A DNA stretch of 64,000 nt from Raillietiella orientalis (lineage: Eukaryota). The notes below the pieces were generated by a model. That model made no database searches and was not told the origin of the DNA. It saw only the letters and a list, made by a program, of their open reading frames with translations. Position numbers and translations under genes: made by a program. Where the stretch lies: the NCBI GenBank assembly GCA_036172245.1, contig JAYWIR010000029.1, forward strand, positions 496,001 to 560,000, in the 5' to 3' direction. Positions 1 through 12,600 of the stretch are shown piece after piece (the first letter of the stretch is position 1; each line of letters begins with the position of its first letter).

Positions 1-1180
1 GGCGATGGACAGCTTCCTGGAGGGCAGTGGTGTCTTCATCTTCTCTTATGATGCAGCATAGATTTTTCTTGGTTACCCTAGACCACGCGTGGTTGTTGTG
101 GTTTTTCCACACTTCGCGGATCTTGCAGGTGAACTTTCCCGTCATCATGTCTATGTATCGACGTATGCGGGAATGGTGATATCCACTCCGCTCCCACTGT
201 TGAATTCTGTGTAGGGTGACTCTGGGCCGTTGGTAGATCCAGCTCTACAATGTGATTTCGATTCAGCCAGGGAATTGATTGCAGTTTGCTTTAGAAATCA
301 GCCGCTGAGTATCAGCAGCCACATTTTATAAAAGTAAAAAAAGTGGCACATTTTTCTTGTATCAGTGTCGCGAATGTTACATTTCTGGAATCCTTAGACG
401 TAAAGAGTATTTTTCGTCTGGTCTCTTTGACTTTGCATGAATATGAATTTTTTAACACATAATCATCAGTGAAATGCAGCAGATCTATCAATAAATAACC
501 ATTTCCTCTATTTCCTTCGAAACAGTGACCAATGCTAAAGCAAATACAATTTGAGACCGCAGCATCTACAAATGGTTAGGCCGGTCGTAATTCATCTGAT
601 TTTCTGGATGAATCATTGGCGAACCGGCGTTTGCGAATTTATAGAGATTGCACATTCTGAATTAGAATCAAACTTGAATTTCGGATTCGAGCACGTTTTA
701 CATCGTAAAGTTAGCTCCAATCATAAAAGACGTATTCAAGCATGCCCCACTTGTTCACCCTAATGCCTACGTAATTCCATATTGAAACGGAGAAGGAAGC
801 ATGAATAACAAGCAAATTTTGAATTCTTAAGAAATGGGTGGCAAACAGAATCAAAGGAAGAAATAATATTCAACTGAAGTTGTACAATGGCATTCCACTC
901 TCAGATTATGCAAGATATATGCTTCATACGATAACTTATGAAAGCAACTTTTGGATTGCTGTTTCAATTTTATCGGTAAACCTCTTGAAACGATCCACTG
1001 CTGATTCAATAAAAAAGAAAAAAAAAAACAGCATTAAGCTGTTGCAAACATTTGAATATCATGAGGGCAGGTACAACAAATAGATGGAAAGAATGGCAAT
1101 ATGCACTCTGGATTTGTTTCTATGTGATAAATTCATTTTCTTCCTCCTATACGAAAGATTGACAGCGCCGGAGTCTTCGC

Positions 1181-1238
1181 AAAACTTGAGATAGTAAAGT
1201 TGAGATAGTAAACTTCGTAAACTTGAGATAGTAACTTG
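1181..1238. repeat. Short tandem repeat, unit ~AACTTGAGATAGTA x3
   Basis: ttgagatagta occurs three times within 60 nt. Confidence 0.7.
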
Positions 1239-1299
1239 GGAAAATTCTACTTTGAATCCAAGATCTAACCGAACCTCGACACAGTACATTCCTCAAGTG

Positions 1300-2600
1300 C
1301 AGTTTTCACTGTGATCAGGACCTGAAGTTAAATTGCATTGGAAGTTCTCCGAGAAGATTTCCTCAAACTTCATGAGCCAAACCATACGTTAACCGAGACC
1401 CGTCTTCAGGAAATGGACAAGTCCTTTTCTGCTATTTCGGTGACACATACTAGAGCGACATAGCATTTTGCAGACCCAGAAAAACGGAAGCTTCCACAAA
1501 TACAAAACCCTGTTACAATCAAAAAGAAGGTTCTTTCAGATTAATTTCAAAACTCTGTAGCAGACTTAACAGCGACTTCTGGTAAAAGGCAAATGATTCG
1601 TGATACGCTAACTTGAGAACTACTTTCCACTTGCCAGGAATTCTCAAATAATCCAGATTTGATAGTTCTGAAATCCTGTCCTCTGAAGGTGCTCTTCCTC
1701 CCATTCTTGACTAGGTTTTTTCATTTGTGGAAACTCTAGTTTTACCAAAGAACTTGAATACAAGAAATGGGAAGACCGTCTTGTAGATTCAGCCGACACT
1801 CGTTCAAGTATGCACCACCAACAAACAAATTTTCTCGTTTTGTGTTTAGTTGGAGTAGCTGATACAAAGGAAGATCTGCTGAAAATACTCCATATCATAA
1901 AGAAAACTACACATGGAGGAGATGAATTTCCAGAAACATTGTTTCACACGCTCGATGAAGTTGTACTTTCAATGGTACAACGAAGGTATGTATAATGTTC
2001 TCGGGACTTTATGTGCTTTCAAACTTGTGAAAAAGTTTCCCATCAGCAAAATCTGATATTTAGTGGAATCAGTTGCAGTGCATTAGGCCTTCTGAAGAAT
2101 TTTCCGAAATTTGAATTCTATAGATGTACATTTTCGAACAGCTTGATGATTTTTCCGAAAGCATTACTCTTACTTCAGAACTTATGCATGTGCGATGGTT
2201 ATGTACTGAGCCAGCGGATTGTTAGATTGTATTTAGGTCTTGTAGTTTATGAACATCAAAGGTTCCTAAAGATCAAATCATGATGCTGAGTTGCTCTAAT
2301 TTCAAATCTTGATATGAGAGCGACAGAACACATGATATGTCTTGTTCCATCTAGTGTTCCATTCCCCAATGGAGAGAACTAAGAAGTAGCAGCAGATTCA
2401 AGTATGAGGAAGTTACAGAGAGGGAAGCCAGTATGTCTTCCGATTGCGCAAGGCTTATTTAGCAGAATCAGCAGAATTGTGGCGTTCAGGCAACTACCTG
2501 TTGCCGATCGCAATGCATTAGAGAAAATGAAAACGACAAGGCGAAGATGGAACGTCCTAATAAATAGAATGGAGCGAATCCAAAGATGAATGTTTTTGAT
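1300..2600 (+). pseudogene. Decayed coding-like sequence of unknown family
   Basis: Consecutive same-strand open segments (1810-1995, 2011-2283, 2404-2589) with protein-like composition. Confidence 0.25.
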
Positions 2601-3718
2601 CATAGAAGCGGCTAAGCAGTTTCTCCTTTATATAGAAATCACACTCTTTCTGCATAAAGGTGCTGCATGGTGTAAATTCAGAAACTGTTATTTTGAAGAA
2701 ACGTAAGGATTTAAATGTGACATTAGAAAAGAGCGGCTATAAATGTGTGTTGCTAACCGAGAATAAATTTCGTAACAAGAAAAAAACGGTTAATTAAGCC
2801 TTATAAAACAAAACACAAAGGATAACAAACCATTTTCCAATGAAGGAGCAAACCAAACTTTTCTGGCCGCATTGATGATACTGGAAAAGCACAAAAGTGG
2901 GCTATTCCATCTTTTAGCTGTTTAAGGTTGGGTAATCAAATGGATACGTGATTACCAAAATTCTAAATTGCAAAATTTTTTATGCTGCAATAGTATGAAT
3001 AAAAAGTAATATTTAACATGCCGATCTGAAAAGAAGTAGGAATCAGTCGTTCTGAACTTGAAGAATGGTAGAACAAGAGTCCTACTTACATGAGAAGATG
3101 ACAAACAGGAAAGTACCGTGATATTGAAATGCTTGCATCAGCAGAAGAAAGCTTGAATCGTTCTGAGAGCTCTCGTAAGTACGTCCCTATTATCGAGAAA
3201 AAGAAAACATGCGTAGAAAGGGAAAATGACATAGAAAAACTTTAAAAATTCAGACAACTTTTGGCAAGAATGTTTAAAAGGATATGATAAGCCTGAGGAA
3301 TGAAACAAGCAGCACCAAAACAAAAACCATATTGGCTCTTCTATAAGAATATAAAGAAACCAAACTGCAGAGATGCCCCAATATCGAAAAGAAACTTCAC
3401 GATGCAAAAGCAAAGTCTTCACGCTAGTTTTGACTTTGAGAATGACGATGGGCAAGTCCATTAAGCACGGGGTTTCCGTAGCACTGAGCACCCGATTTGA
3501 ACGGTCGGTTCTGAAAAAGGCTCACTTATTTTGGAAGATGGAAGTCACAAAACCACGAGTCCTAGTTCTATATTGAATCAGATTCAAAATTTCAGGGAAG
3601 TGAGGATCTTTTCAAGGAGTGCACTTGGCGTAATTAATTTCCGACCCTCAGACAGAAGATAAGAGATACAGTTTGAAATTTTCGTATCGTTAAAAAGTTG
3701 ATCAGAATTAGAATTCTG

Positions 3719-3749
<31 letters not shown>

Positions 3750-4107
3750 TATGCAGATTGGGTTTCAAATCTTGGAAGTTAATCGAAGCATTCCTTTTCT
3801 GCACGACGAAAGGTTCTTCGCCTTGTTTTTCAGCTGTTTTCTTGCCATGTAATGATCATGTTGAAAAAGTCATGTTCTGATGAATCGTTAGCAGCACTGC
3901 TACGGATGTAAAAAGCAGCTTCTGGAGAAAATGCAATTTAAAATTAAAGTGTTTTTAGAGTATGGACTATCCACTCAGTCATGATGTACATTCTTCCATT
4001 CCACATGCACTTTCGTGTTGGGTATGACATTTACGATGAATGAAATAGAATGTTTCACAAAAAAATTAAAAATTCCGGAACTTGATTGCTAATAAATTGG
4101 GTTGTAG

Positions 4108-4198
4108 GTCTTTTATCATGATATTTTCTGATGCAGCCAGCCATTACAAGGATCGTATGCCCAGAATTATAAAAGAATCATTGGAATGGAAAATAAAG
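4108..4198 (+). CDS. Probable upstream exon, vWA-domain segment (SFIMIFSDAASHYKDRMPRIIKESLEWKIK)
   Basis: ttgtag acceptor, aag|gtagag donor, phase 2 to 0. Resembles the hemicentin/VWA7 vWA segment GSFIYVFTDA..KD......LIQQK (from recall). Confidence 0.55.
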
Positions 4199-5759
4199 GT
4201 AGAGAAAAAATTCAATGAAGTAGATTAATACACTGTAAGCATCTGACTTTGAGACATCATCTGAATTAATAGAACTTCCTAAATACATCAGAACAGAATA
4301 TGAAATAAAATATCGTATGTCACTCGAAGGTGATATCATTCATGACAGGAACACCAATCCTTATCAGAAAAGCCCCCTCCCCCCAAAATGATTCCATATT
4401 CACTTTAGATGTAACTTGTGTATCAAAAATTAGGATTACTTTAAAGATTGAAAACATATATATCATAAATAAATTGAAACATACATGAATAAAATGGATC
4501 ATTTTACAATTGCAGACGTTGAGGCCAGGCGCTTTTTGCGAAATGATTTTCTGAAGCTTCTTCCATTGCTGACGCTTTTCCGAATGAGCTTTGCATTCTG
4601 AAACGGAACTAGAATGCCTTCTACTTCAATTAATTAGACTAGAAAACTAGTATCACCTCAGTATGTTTTTTTTTTTTTTTTTTTTTTTTTTTACTAGTTT
4701 CCATGCTGCAATGGAGACTTCTCAAGTAATGCCGATTTGATTTTACGATGCCGACTCTTTTCCCTCGCAGCATCGGAAGAACAAAATGCCACTCAAACGT
4801 CACTCGAGCGTTCCGAATTTCAACGCGTACATATAAGCAAAATATCCCATGTCTCTGTTATACATACATCTATGATTGGTATCGGTTTCACGTGCAGTTT
4901 CATAGATTTACAGTGTGCCACAGATGGTCTCTCCCCTATTTTAAGCAGTTGTTTTCAGAGTACAGAAGAGCGAAGTTGTCAATCTTATTAAGTGAAGATT
5001 TAACTTTTCATTAGAGGTTTTTTTTTTTTTAAAGAAAACATACTCCGTTGGATGCCTGAAACAGTGATGTGCACATGCAGTATAAGACACTGATAGCATA
5101 AGAGTGCTCTCGTATCAAACGGCTCATCTCCTCTCATAATACACAATCACAGATATAGGTTTCCCGATACAAAGATGGGTTTCCCGCTTAAAGGAATGCA
5201 CTGATGGTGTAGAAGCTACTGGATTTGCATATTCGCGTTCTTCGATCACTCATGAACAACGTGCATTTGTGAACGAACTCACGGATTCTTTCATACATTG
5301 TGTATTGAGCGTTGAACACTTTACCTCTTTATCCTCTTGTCTTCCTGAGAACATGTGGGTTCAAATTGGTCTCCCACAACACTGTTCTGAAAATGTTACT
5401 AACACGAATCGCAAATTTCGCTCACCCCAGATCCTGCATGTTTAATATTCCTATTTGCTCTCAATTGATTTTGCATAGTTGGATAATTTACATTTCGAGC
5501 TAGACATTCTGCGTGGAATCTTACAATTCTTCTAGACACTTCTAGACATTCTTTTAGGTACTAAATCAAACTAATAAAAGTAATACGTGTGCACTTCACT
5601 CTGATTTATGTCATGCTTGTCAACCATTCAGTTTTCACTCATTTTTTTAATTTTGGATTTCTGCATTGAATGCAAATACAGCTTTATGCAAAACGCGGTT
5701 TTCAGATATTTTCATGATTGATCGTTTGGATGATTATTGTAGGAATTGAGGAGACAACT

Positions 5760-6240
5760 GGATAAAAATTTTTCATCATGGATGATTATGCCTTAATGAT
5801 TCATTTCTTTTCCAGTCTTCAGTATTTAATGCTTGCATAAGCAGCGGGAGAAAGTGCTTATAATCGATATTACGTGCTAAATTATCAGCAAACTGTGTGC
5901 CAGAACCATTTTCTTTAATTGTATTTAATAATGGATCTTTCAGTGGATTATTGATATTGATTGTTAATGTTTCTTTGAATGCAGTATTTGTTCGTACACA
6001 TGAGCGAGTACTCTTCAAACTTTGGTGAAATGGTCCATGACCTAATGCGTTCCACTACTTCCCTGGTGTTTGCAGTTGATCATAATACCAATAAGATCCA
6101 CAAAGTAAGAGTTTCCCTCATAATGCTGAAGACGTTTCAATCTTTTTTGTAATAGAAACTTCCCTATAAAAAAAAAAAGAAAATCCATTTTCTAGTGCAT
6201 TCAGTTGTGTCATCATACCAATATTTGGTTGCAATATTCT
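5760..6240 (-). mobile_element. Decayed Helitron-like Rep/helicase linker fragment
   Basis: Translated pieces YFV...HGP...AFKE...GSGTQF resemble the Helitron RxYFV...KGPTSF...TFKEA...SGxQLR pattern. Contains stops and frameshifts. Confidence 0.4.
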
Positions 6241-6749
6241 TATTCTTATTAGTGTTAAATTCAAGAGATTGAAACTGCAACTTCAAGTCAGTACGATTCC
6301 GTCATTAATACTCCTATTAATACGTTAAAGTGAAAGCAGATCTCGATTTGAGGATTCGCACGTGACTGTCTTGGAATAAGGTTTGCCCGCTTCTCGTCAC
6401 TTTTTGTGCAAGCCTTTTGGAGTCCGAGATCATTCGTTAGTGAAAGCTCAGAAAGAATGAGTTGCTGCTTAATGAGTTCCGCACTTACTATGATGCCGTG
6501 CGAGCGAACGTGTTTTGAAGGAATGGATGAGCCCCCATTTGAGAATATGTGTTCAGTACATTACAAGCAACATGGTGCCGGATTGATTAGCTTGTTTGCT
6601 GGGTTCGTGACGAATGGGGTTTTCATATGTTTAAGGAATATTTTCAGCATGTAAGAAGTGTGCTGATGACCACGTGGTAAAAGTTTTCCAAATTCTAAAA
6701 TTTGAAAACACAGCTTTAGGTTAACGCATCACAAGATTTCTGGTTTTCT

Positions 6750-8930
6750 CAGAACGTGAATAAGTTTAGGGACTTTAGGTTTCTCCGATGAGGGATCGGA
6801 AGGAATACAAAATGAATTGGGATCAAATATTGTAGGAATACAGGAATCTCCTTTCCCATAATCGATTTTGCTGCTAACCTAGTCGCAAAAGCCGTGTGAT
6901 TGCAGCTGGGATGTCTTCAGCGTTCCTTTTGAAGTTGAATCTGTAAAGAATTGTGCAGTGGTTCCAGTCATAGAGGGTGACTACCGTGTGTGAAATTTGC
7001 TGTTGCAGAAATGATGAATCGTCACAGCGTGAAAAGTGAACCTCTTAACGGAAGTTCATCATGACTGGGACATCTTTAGTCAAATTAGGCAGAATAGGTA
7101 AGTAGACGAATTTGGCAAAACGAAGACTAATAAATGGGATCGATTGGAAAAGCAATGGTTTTAAATTTCTACTGATGTCATGAGGAGATTTGAGTGGAAA
7201 CTCATAGAGAGAACGAAAAAAGACAGAAATGCAAAAGCGATTTCTGCTTCAGAATGTGTACCTCGAAACAGACATCCAGGTTGATTGAGTGGCAGGAAAT
7301 TATTTTTGATAACATCAAAGAATTGCTCGGTATCATTGTGAACAAAAGCTTACTATTTCCTGATGTGCATTGAGAAAGAATCAGCGATGTACCTGTCTTT
7401 GGAAAGGACACAGACTCTTCTTTCTATGTTCTGTATACATAAAAGTTGAAGAGAATTCGATCAGAGCATGACCTTTTGCTTTACAAAGTGATTCATACTT
7501 TCAAGAACTGAGTAAGGACACATTTATTGCAAAAAGATGGAGTGAGCCAAGGAAACATGTGTATATGATTTCGACCTGCTTTTATGCCGAATTTTGTATG
7601 CCGCTTTGGAAGAAACAATTTAAAGCGACAAGTAGTAAACAAAGTTGGTATTTGGAGAAATCACAACAAAAACGCTTATTATACTTTATTCCCATGTGTA
7701 GTCTTCATGTGTTGGTTCTCAATGAAAAATTCTGAATACCCCTTATGACAGGAGAAAGCCAAGGTGCTAAACATTGCTTGCCTGCTAAACATTGCATGAC
7801 GCGTACTTCAGAGTTTCGTATATCAAATACAACAGAGAGTGAGTGTAACAGAGGCTTCTTGGAGCTGGTTTGGAAGAATCCACTCAGAAACAGAAGATGG
7901 TTTCTAAGACTTATGCCAAGGTAAACAAAGACAACTGAATTCGAGTTTGCTTGCAAATCAGCTGTGTGGGATGGAGTGCTGGAAATCACGTTTGATCCGT
8001 AAGAGTGGAAATTAAGTGCTAACCACGAAATGTAGAAAAGCGCTTTCGTTTGGAATGGAATGATTTTGAAGTTATCACAAGCACTGCCTACTTTAGGTTG
8101 ACAATTCATATTCCGGAATCCTCGATGAGAAGTGGTTTCTGGAAAGCTGCATGGTATCTCAGCAGCATAGTCTTCTCAAGACATGGCAGAGAGCACGCGA
8201 GGAACAGACCAACTTCTTAGATATGGGTTGAAGTAAATATGCGCGAGATGCATTCAAAATAGCTTCGAGTGGGAGAAGAGGTTGGTGACATAGAGAGGCG
8301 TTATAAGACAGCAATATGCACGAAGCTATTTGGAGTAATTTCAGATGGAAAGTGAAACGGAACATACGCTGAAAAGAGAAATTCTAGAACAGGTAGGCAA
8401 TATTTCGTCTAATATGACCTCCGGTGGAATTTCGTTCAAATTAACGGCAGGATCTTAGCATTTGCGTGAGGTAACTGGGTTTGGGTCCATCGTTTTTCTC
8501 GTTATTCCTCAAATCAAATAAAGGGTTGAATTGGAATGGAAATTCCAAACTTCCACTCCACCTGTTTTCCGAAAGGAAAACAGTCCTTTGCTTTTGTAAG
8601 ACTCGAATTGGAGATCTCAGAAGAAAATTCTGCAGTATATGCAACTGTGTCAAAGGGTTGTATTAGGCAAGGATTTAGAGTTGCGGAAAGGGAGTGAATA
8701 TGAACCCCTATGTAGCGGAAAGCAGAAACTATTATGATTCTTTAGCTGCAGCTTTAGCTTGTTTCCGACAATTTGAGATCCTTTATATTGTGATGATAAA
8801 TTCTGTTTGACGTGGGAAGTAAGAATAGAGAAGGACATGTTTTGGACTTTCGCTCTTCATTGGGAATTATTGATAACGATAGCTTTCGATGGTGATATTT
8901 ACGAACTCACAAGAAAATTTCCTCAGTGAT
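6750..8930 (+). pseudogene. Heavily decayed coding-like sequence, possibly NACHT/P-loop family
   Basis: Long purine-biased stretch with a dominant frame broken by stops. Only vestigial GAGLEEST and GILDE motifs. Confidence 0.25.
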
Positions 8931-9198
8931 TATACTTTTGAAAACTGATTTTGTTTCTGATTTCCCTGTGACCAAAAGTCACTGGATCATGTAACAGAAT
9001 CCATGCTTATCCATCGTATCGTGTAGTACAGAAACTTGGAAAAAAAATGATGGCAGTGTCAAGCGAAATAAATATTTATTCGAAAACAGGCTTCATTTAA
9101 TTATATGAATTTTCATTGTTTCTCAATGCTGAGATATTCACATGTACGACGATATGACATTCACGCTTAGACTGACATGATTTTCCAATTTCTTTTAG

Positions 9199-9622
9199 AC
9201 TCTCAACGATTACGTCGTTCAGGTTCATTTATACGCAGATTTAATCCATTACGAAGTAAGCACCGAGCGCAAAAGTTTTTCTTATGATATTGACGGCACC
9301 ATTGAAAATTACACATTTGTTTTATCTTGTTCGGAAATCGTATCTTCTCATATTGCTCCTGGTGAAACTAACTTGGTTATGCATGAGATGAACGCCACCT
9401 TTCAAAAGCCAACTTTTGGCATTGAACAAATGCCCACTGATTTCGGGAAAATTGTGCATACTGAACAAACTCCTGTCGTTGGAAAACATACAGTTGCAGT
9501 GCTGTTTGAGAAAAAGCTCATATGTTACTTCCAAGTCAGAGGATTTGGAGGATTAGAGATAGATGGAGGGTTTGGACACTCGCCGATTCCATTGACTGAT
9601 GCGATTCCTTTTCTTCCAACAG
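9199..9622 (+). CDS. Exon, hemicentin/VWA7-like beta-sandwich (TLNDYVVQVHLYADL...GKHTVAV...FQVRGFGGLEIDGGF...FLPT)
   Basis: ttttag acceptor, cag|gtatga donor, 141 open codons, phase 0 to 1. VHL..D, F..D.....T..LS and G..TV....V.G...I..GF patterns as in the hemicentin region after the vWA. Confidence 0.8.
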
Positions 9623-12600
9623 GTATGAAATAACTGAATACATATTTCGTAGTGTGTTTCTTTCCTTAGCGCAAAGATCCAATAAGCTTATGCTCCTATT
9701 TACATGTGTGGTTATTGTCTATGTTTTTTACAGATATACTTTATGATGTATTTTGACTCTCATCAAGTTAAAATAAAATACCCATAATTTTTATTCGATA
9801 TATGGTTTTTGTCTCCATGAAAAGCTCGAAATATACATTGGTAATACATACACGTAAATACATTACAAATGTACGTTAGAATTCCAACGGGAAAACTGCT
9901 AATGTTTTGGAAACGAAAGGCGATCTCCGTGGGACATCTGTACCACTGAAAAAATCTCTCATTGTTGAATCAGATACGGAATGAAGTAGGAATGATCACT
10001 GTACACTGTGAAGATTTCTCCCTATCCACGTGTATATAATGCCAATAGCGTATGCTGGGAAGCGAAAATGTGAAAATATTCGTTTTTTCATCAACTTGAC
10101 GTATCGTACCACAGGAGCACTGGCGTACCATTGGAGTGACGAAAAAAACAGTAGTAAAGGTTGCCTTCTCTTTGGAGTATGCTATTGCTTACAGTGAAAA
10201 GGCGACTATCGGTTCTATATTTGTGGCGACCTTCATGTGAATTTCTTAAGGCACCAGCAAAGAACGCTGAAAGCAAATGAAAAGAAGCATAAGGTGTCTT
10301 GCAAAGTCATGGTTAGATGCTTGAAAGGGTTGCAAGTTTGAGCTTTCCATCAAACTTTAAGCCAGAACGGAAATCTGCAACTAAATTATCAAATGCTGTC
10401 CATTTGTAGAAGCACAACGAAAATGAATCTCAAGACTCACAACAACGTGTGATGGAAAGAATGCTCTTCTAAAGAAGGAAACGATGGTTTTTCAAATAGT
10501 TCTCTGACTTCGTTCTCTAGCAAAGGTTTTCTCATATCTGAGCATGGTATGAGATAAATCCAAAAGGAATGCTGAAAATTTCGATGACTGAGACCGGGCA
10601 TGAGCATTATTTTAGGAAGAGCTCCATCAAAAGTTTAAAAAGTATCAAACCGTGATTCATAGAGTAAGAGCACACGATCTAAAAAGGTTCCAGAAAACAG
10701 TGCTGTGGCCTCAAAAATATTCTACTTTTACAGAGTGGAGAATTTCTATTTTCCATAAGGATTACATACCAACTCGACGAGCCTTGCCAGAAGAGTCCAG
10801 TAGCCTTGCCAGATTGAAAGTACGCGGATCGGATGTCAAGAAACACCATTAGAACGGAATGTGAAGTTTCGAAACAAAATTTTTTTGCTAAATTAGCACT
10901 GAAAGAAGCACAGTCTAATGTCCAAGGAGTGGCTATGCTAGCAGTATAAATTTCTAAGGCCACTTTTCGTCATCCATGACACTTTTATCATGCTACTTAT
11001 TGATAGAGTGGCATTCTGTTTTTGTTTGTCCTTTTTGTAGGAAGTCGTATCCATGTGCATTTCACGTTTTATCGTATGTGCAAGTGTTGGAATCGTGAGT
11101 TTAAAGACGAGTTATTGCACAAAATGAAGCCTTGGATGGATCATGAATACCACTGCGGCTCTTCTGAATATCGCAGCCACAAGTCAAGGAAATGCTTAAA
11201 AGCTTTTTCAATGGAAGTCAGGTTCCTGGTAGCTATTAGGAACGAGAGAGCCTTATCTCATCTGTCTTCAAATCATTAGGAGACGTATGTTCCAGCAGGA
11301 GTGCGGTCACAGGATGATCACTTTTCAATCTCTCACTGACGTGTCTCCAATTATTTTTCATGATAATGATGTTGTGCGCAGAGATATGGAAAGGGAACAC
11401 AAGTATATAGTGCTTTCTGTTGTGCAGAAATAGTCTCATTGCGTCATATAATTTCAGTTGCTTATTTATCGGTACATGGAGGGTAGACATCTGTAGACAA
11501 GGGCCTATACTGATATAAAGGATTCAAAATTCTATTATTTGCAGTAACTAAAATCATTTCCGATACTCTTTCTGATACTAGAAACTAAAATCAAAGAAAT
11601 ACCCTCAGCCTTACTGATGTTTCTTCACTGTTTTGACGAACCATGCGCGGTGTCGTTACCGCGTTATACAATGCCTGTTGTTCGAATGGAAGAAACCAGG
11701 TTATCTGTGTACGCATGACAGATCTGACGGGAAATCGTCGATTGATGTGCATGCTTGCACAAATCAACGTGTCGTCACCACATTGAAGAAATGTACTCTA
11801 CGAAAGCGCTTGGCAAGAGGTGGTCCGGGTCTCTCAGGAGAAGACATCAGACATGCAAACAGAAAGGGAAAATCACAGACCAAAGTTTGTCGTTGAATGT
11901 TTTGGCACATAAGTTCCTGATTCGGGAGCTGTCAGGAAACTTCTGTAACGCATGTTTGCCTTAAATGTTCAAACGTCGTGTAAACTATGGTCTCTAATGG
12001 AGTGCATGATAAAGAATCGCTTTTCGGTGAAAACTTCAGAAAAAAGTGAAAACAGCCAGTGGAATAAAATATAATTATTGGATGGTTACAAACGAAAGAG
12101 CGACTCATCTATTCTCAGGAATGACCAACATGGATTACTTTCTCTATCCAACTCCATTTGATTTTGTCAAATTCATTTCTTCGGTTCAAATCTATGACCG
12201 GGACAACATTTTGAAACTGGAGATAATGAACCCCTCGAGCGACCCTGAGTATAAGCTTTATATAGTTGGTGGTGTTTCGATCGACTATGGTTACGTAAAG
12301 GTACGTTTTTCTGATTCTATACTCTACATGGAATACGAAAGGACAGAGTAAATTATTTCTTACACTATTAGGAAACAGAGAAATCAAATCAAGTCTAGGC
12401 GTGATGAAACCTTATGAGTTCAGTGGAAATTAGCGAATGGGAATATGGCACTTGTTCGCGGTCGAGATTGCTAGCACTTTATATTTGATCAGTAACAAAA
12501 AACTGAGCAAGCAAACAATTCTGCATCATTTAGCACGGAAACGAACGCTGAATTTTCCAGGTGACAACTCAGTGTATCGAAATTCGAATGGCAACTGCAC

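Noticed and set aside
1..247. Minus-strand open frame running off the window edge (SWIYQRPRVTLHRIQ...)
   Set aside because: About 80 codons with no recognisable motif; cannot be assigned.
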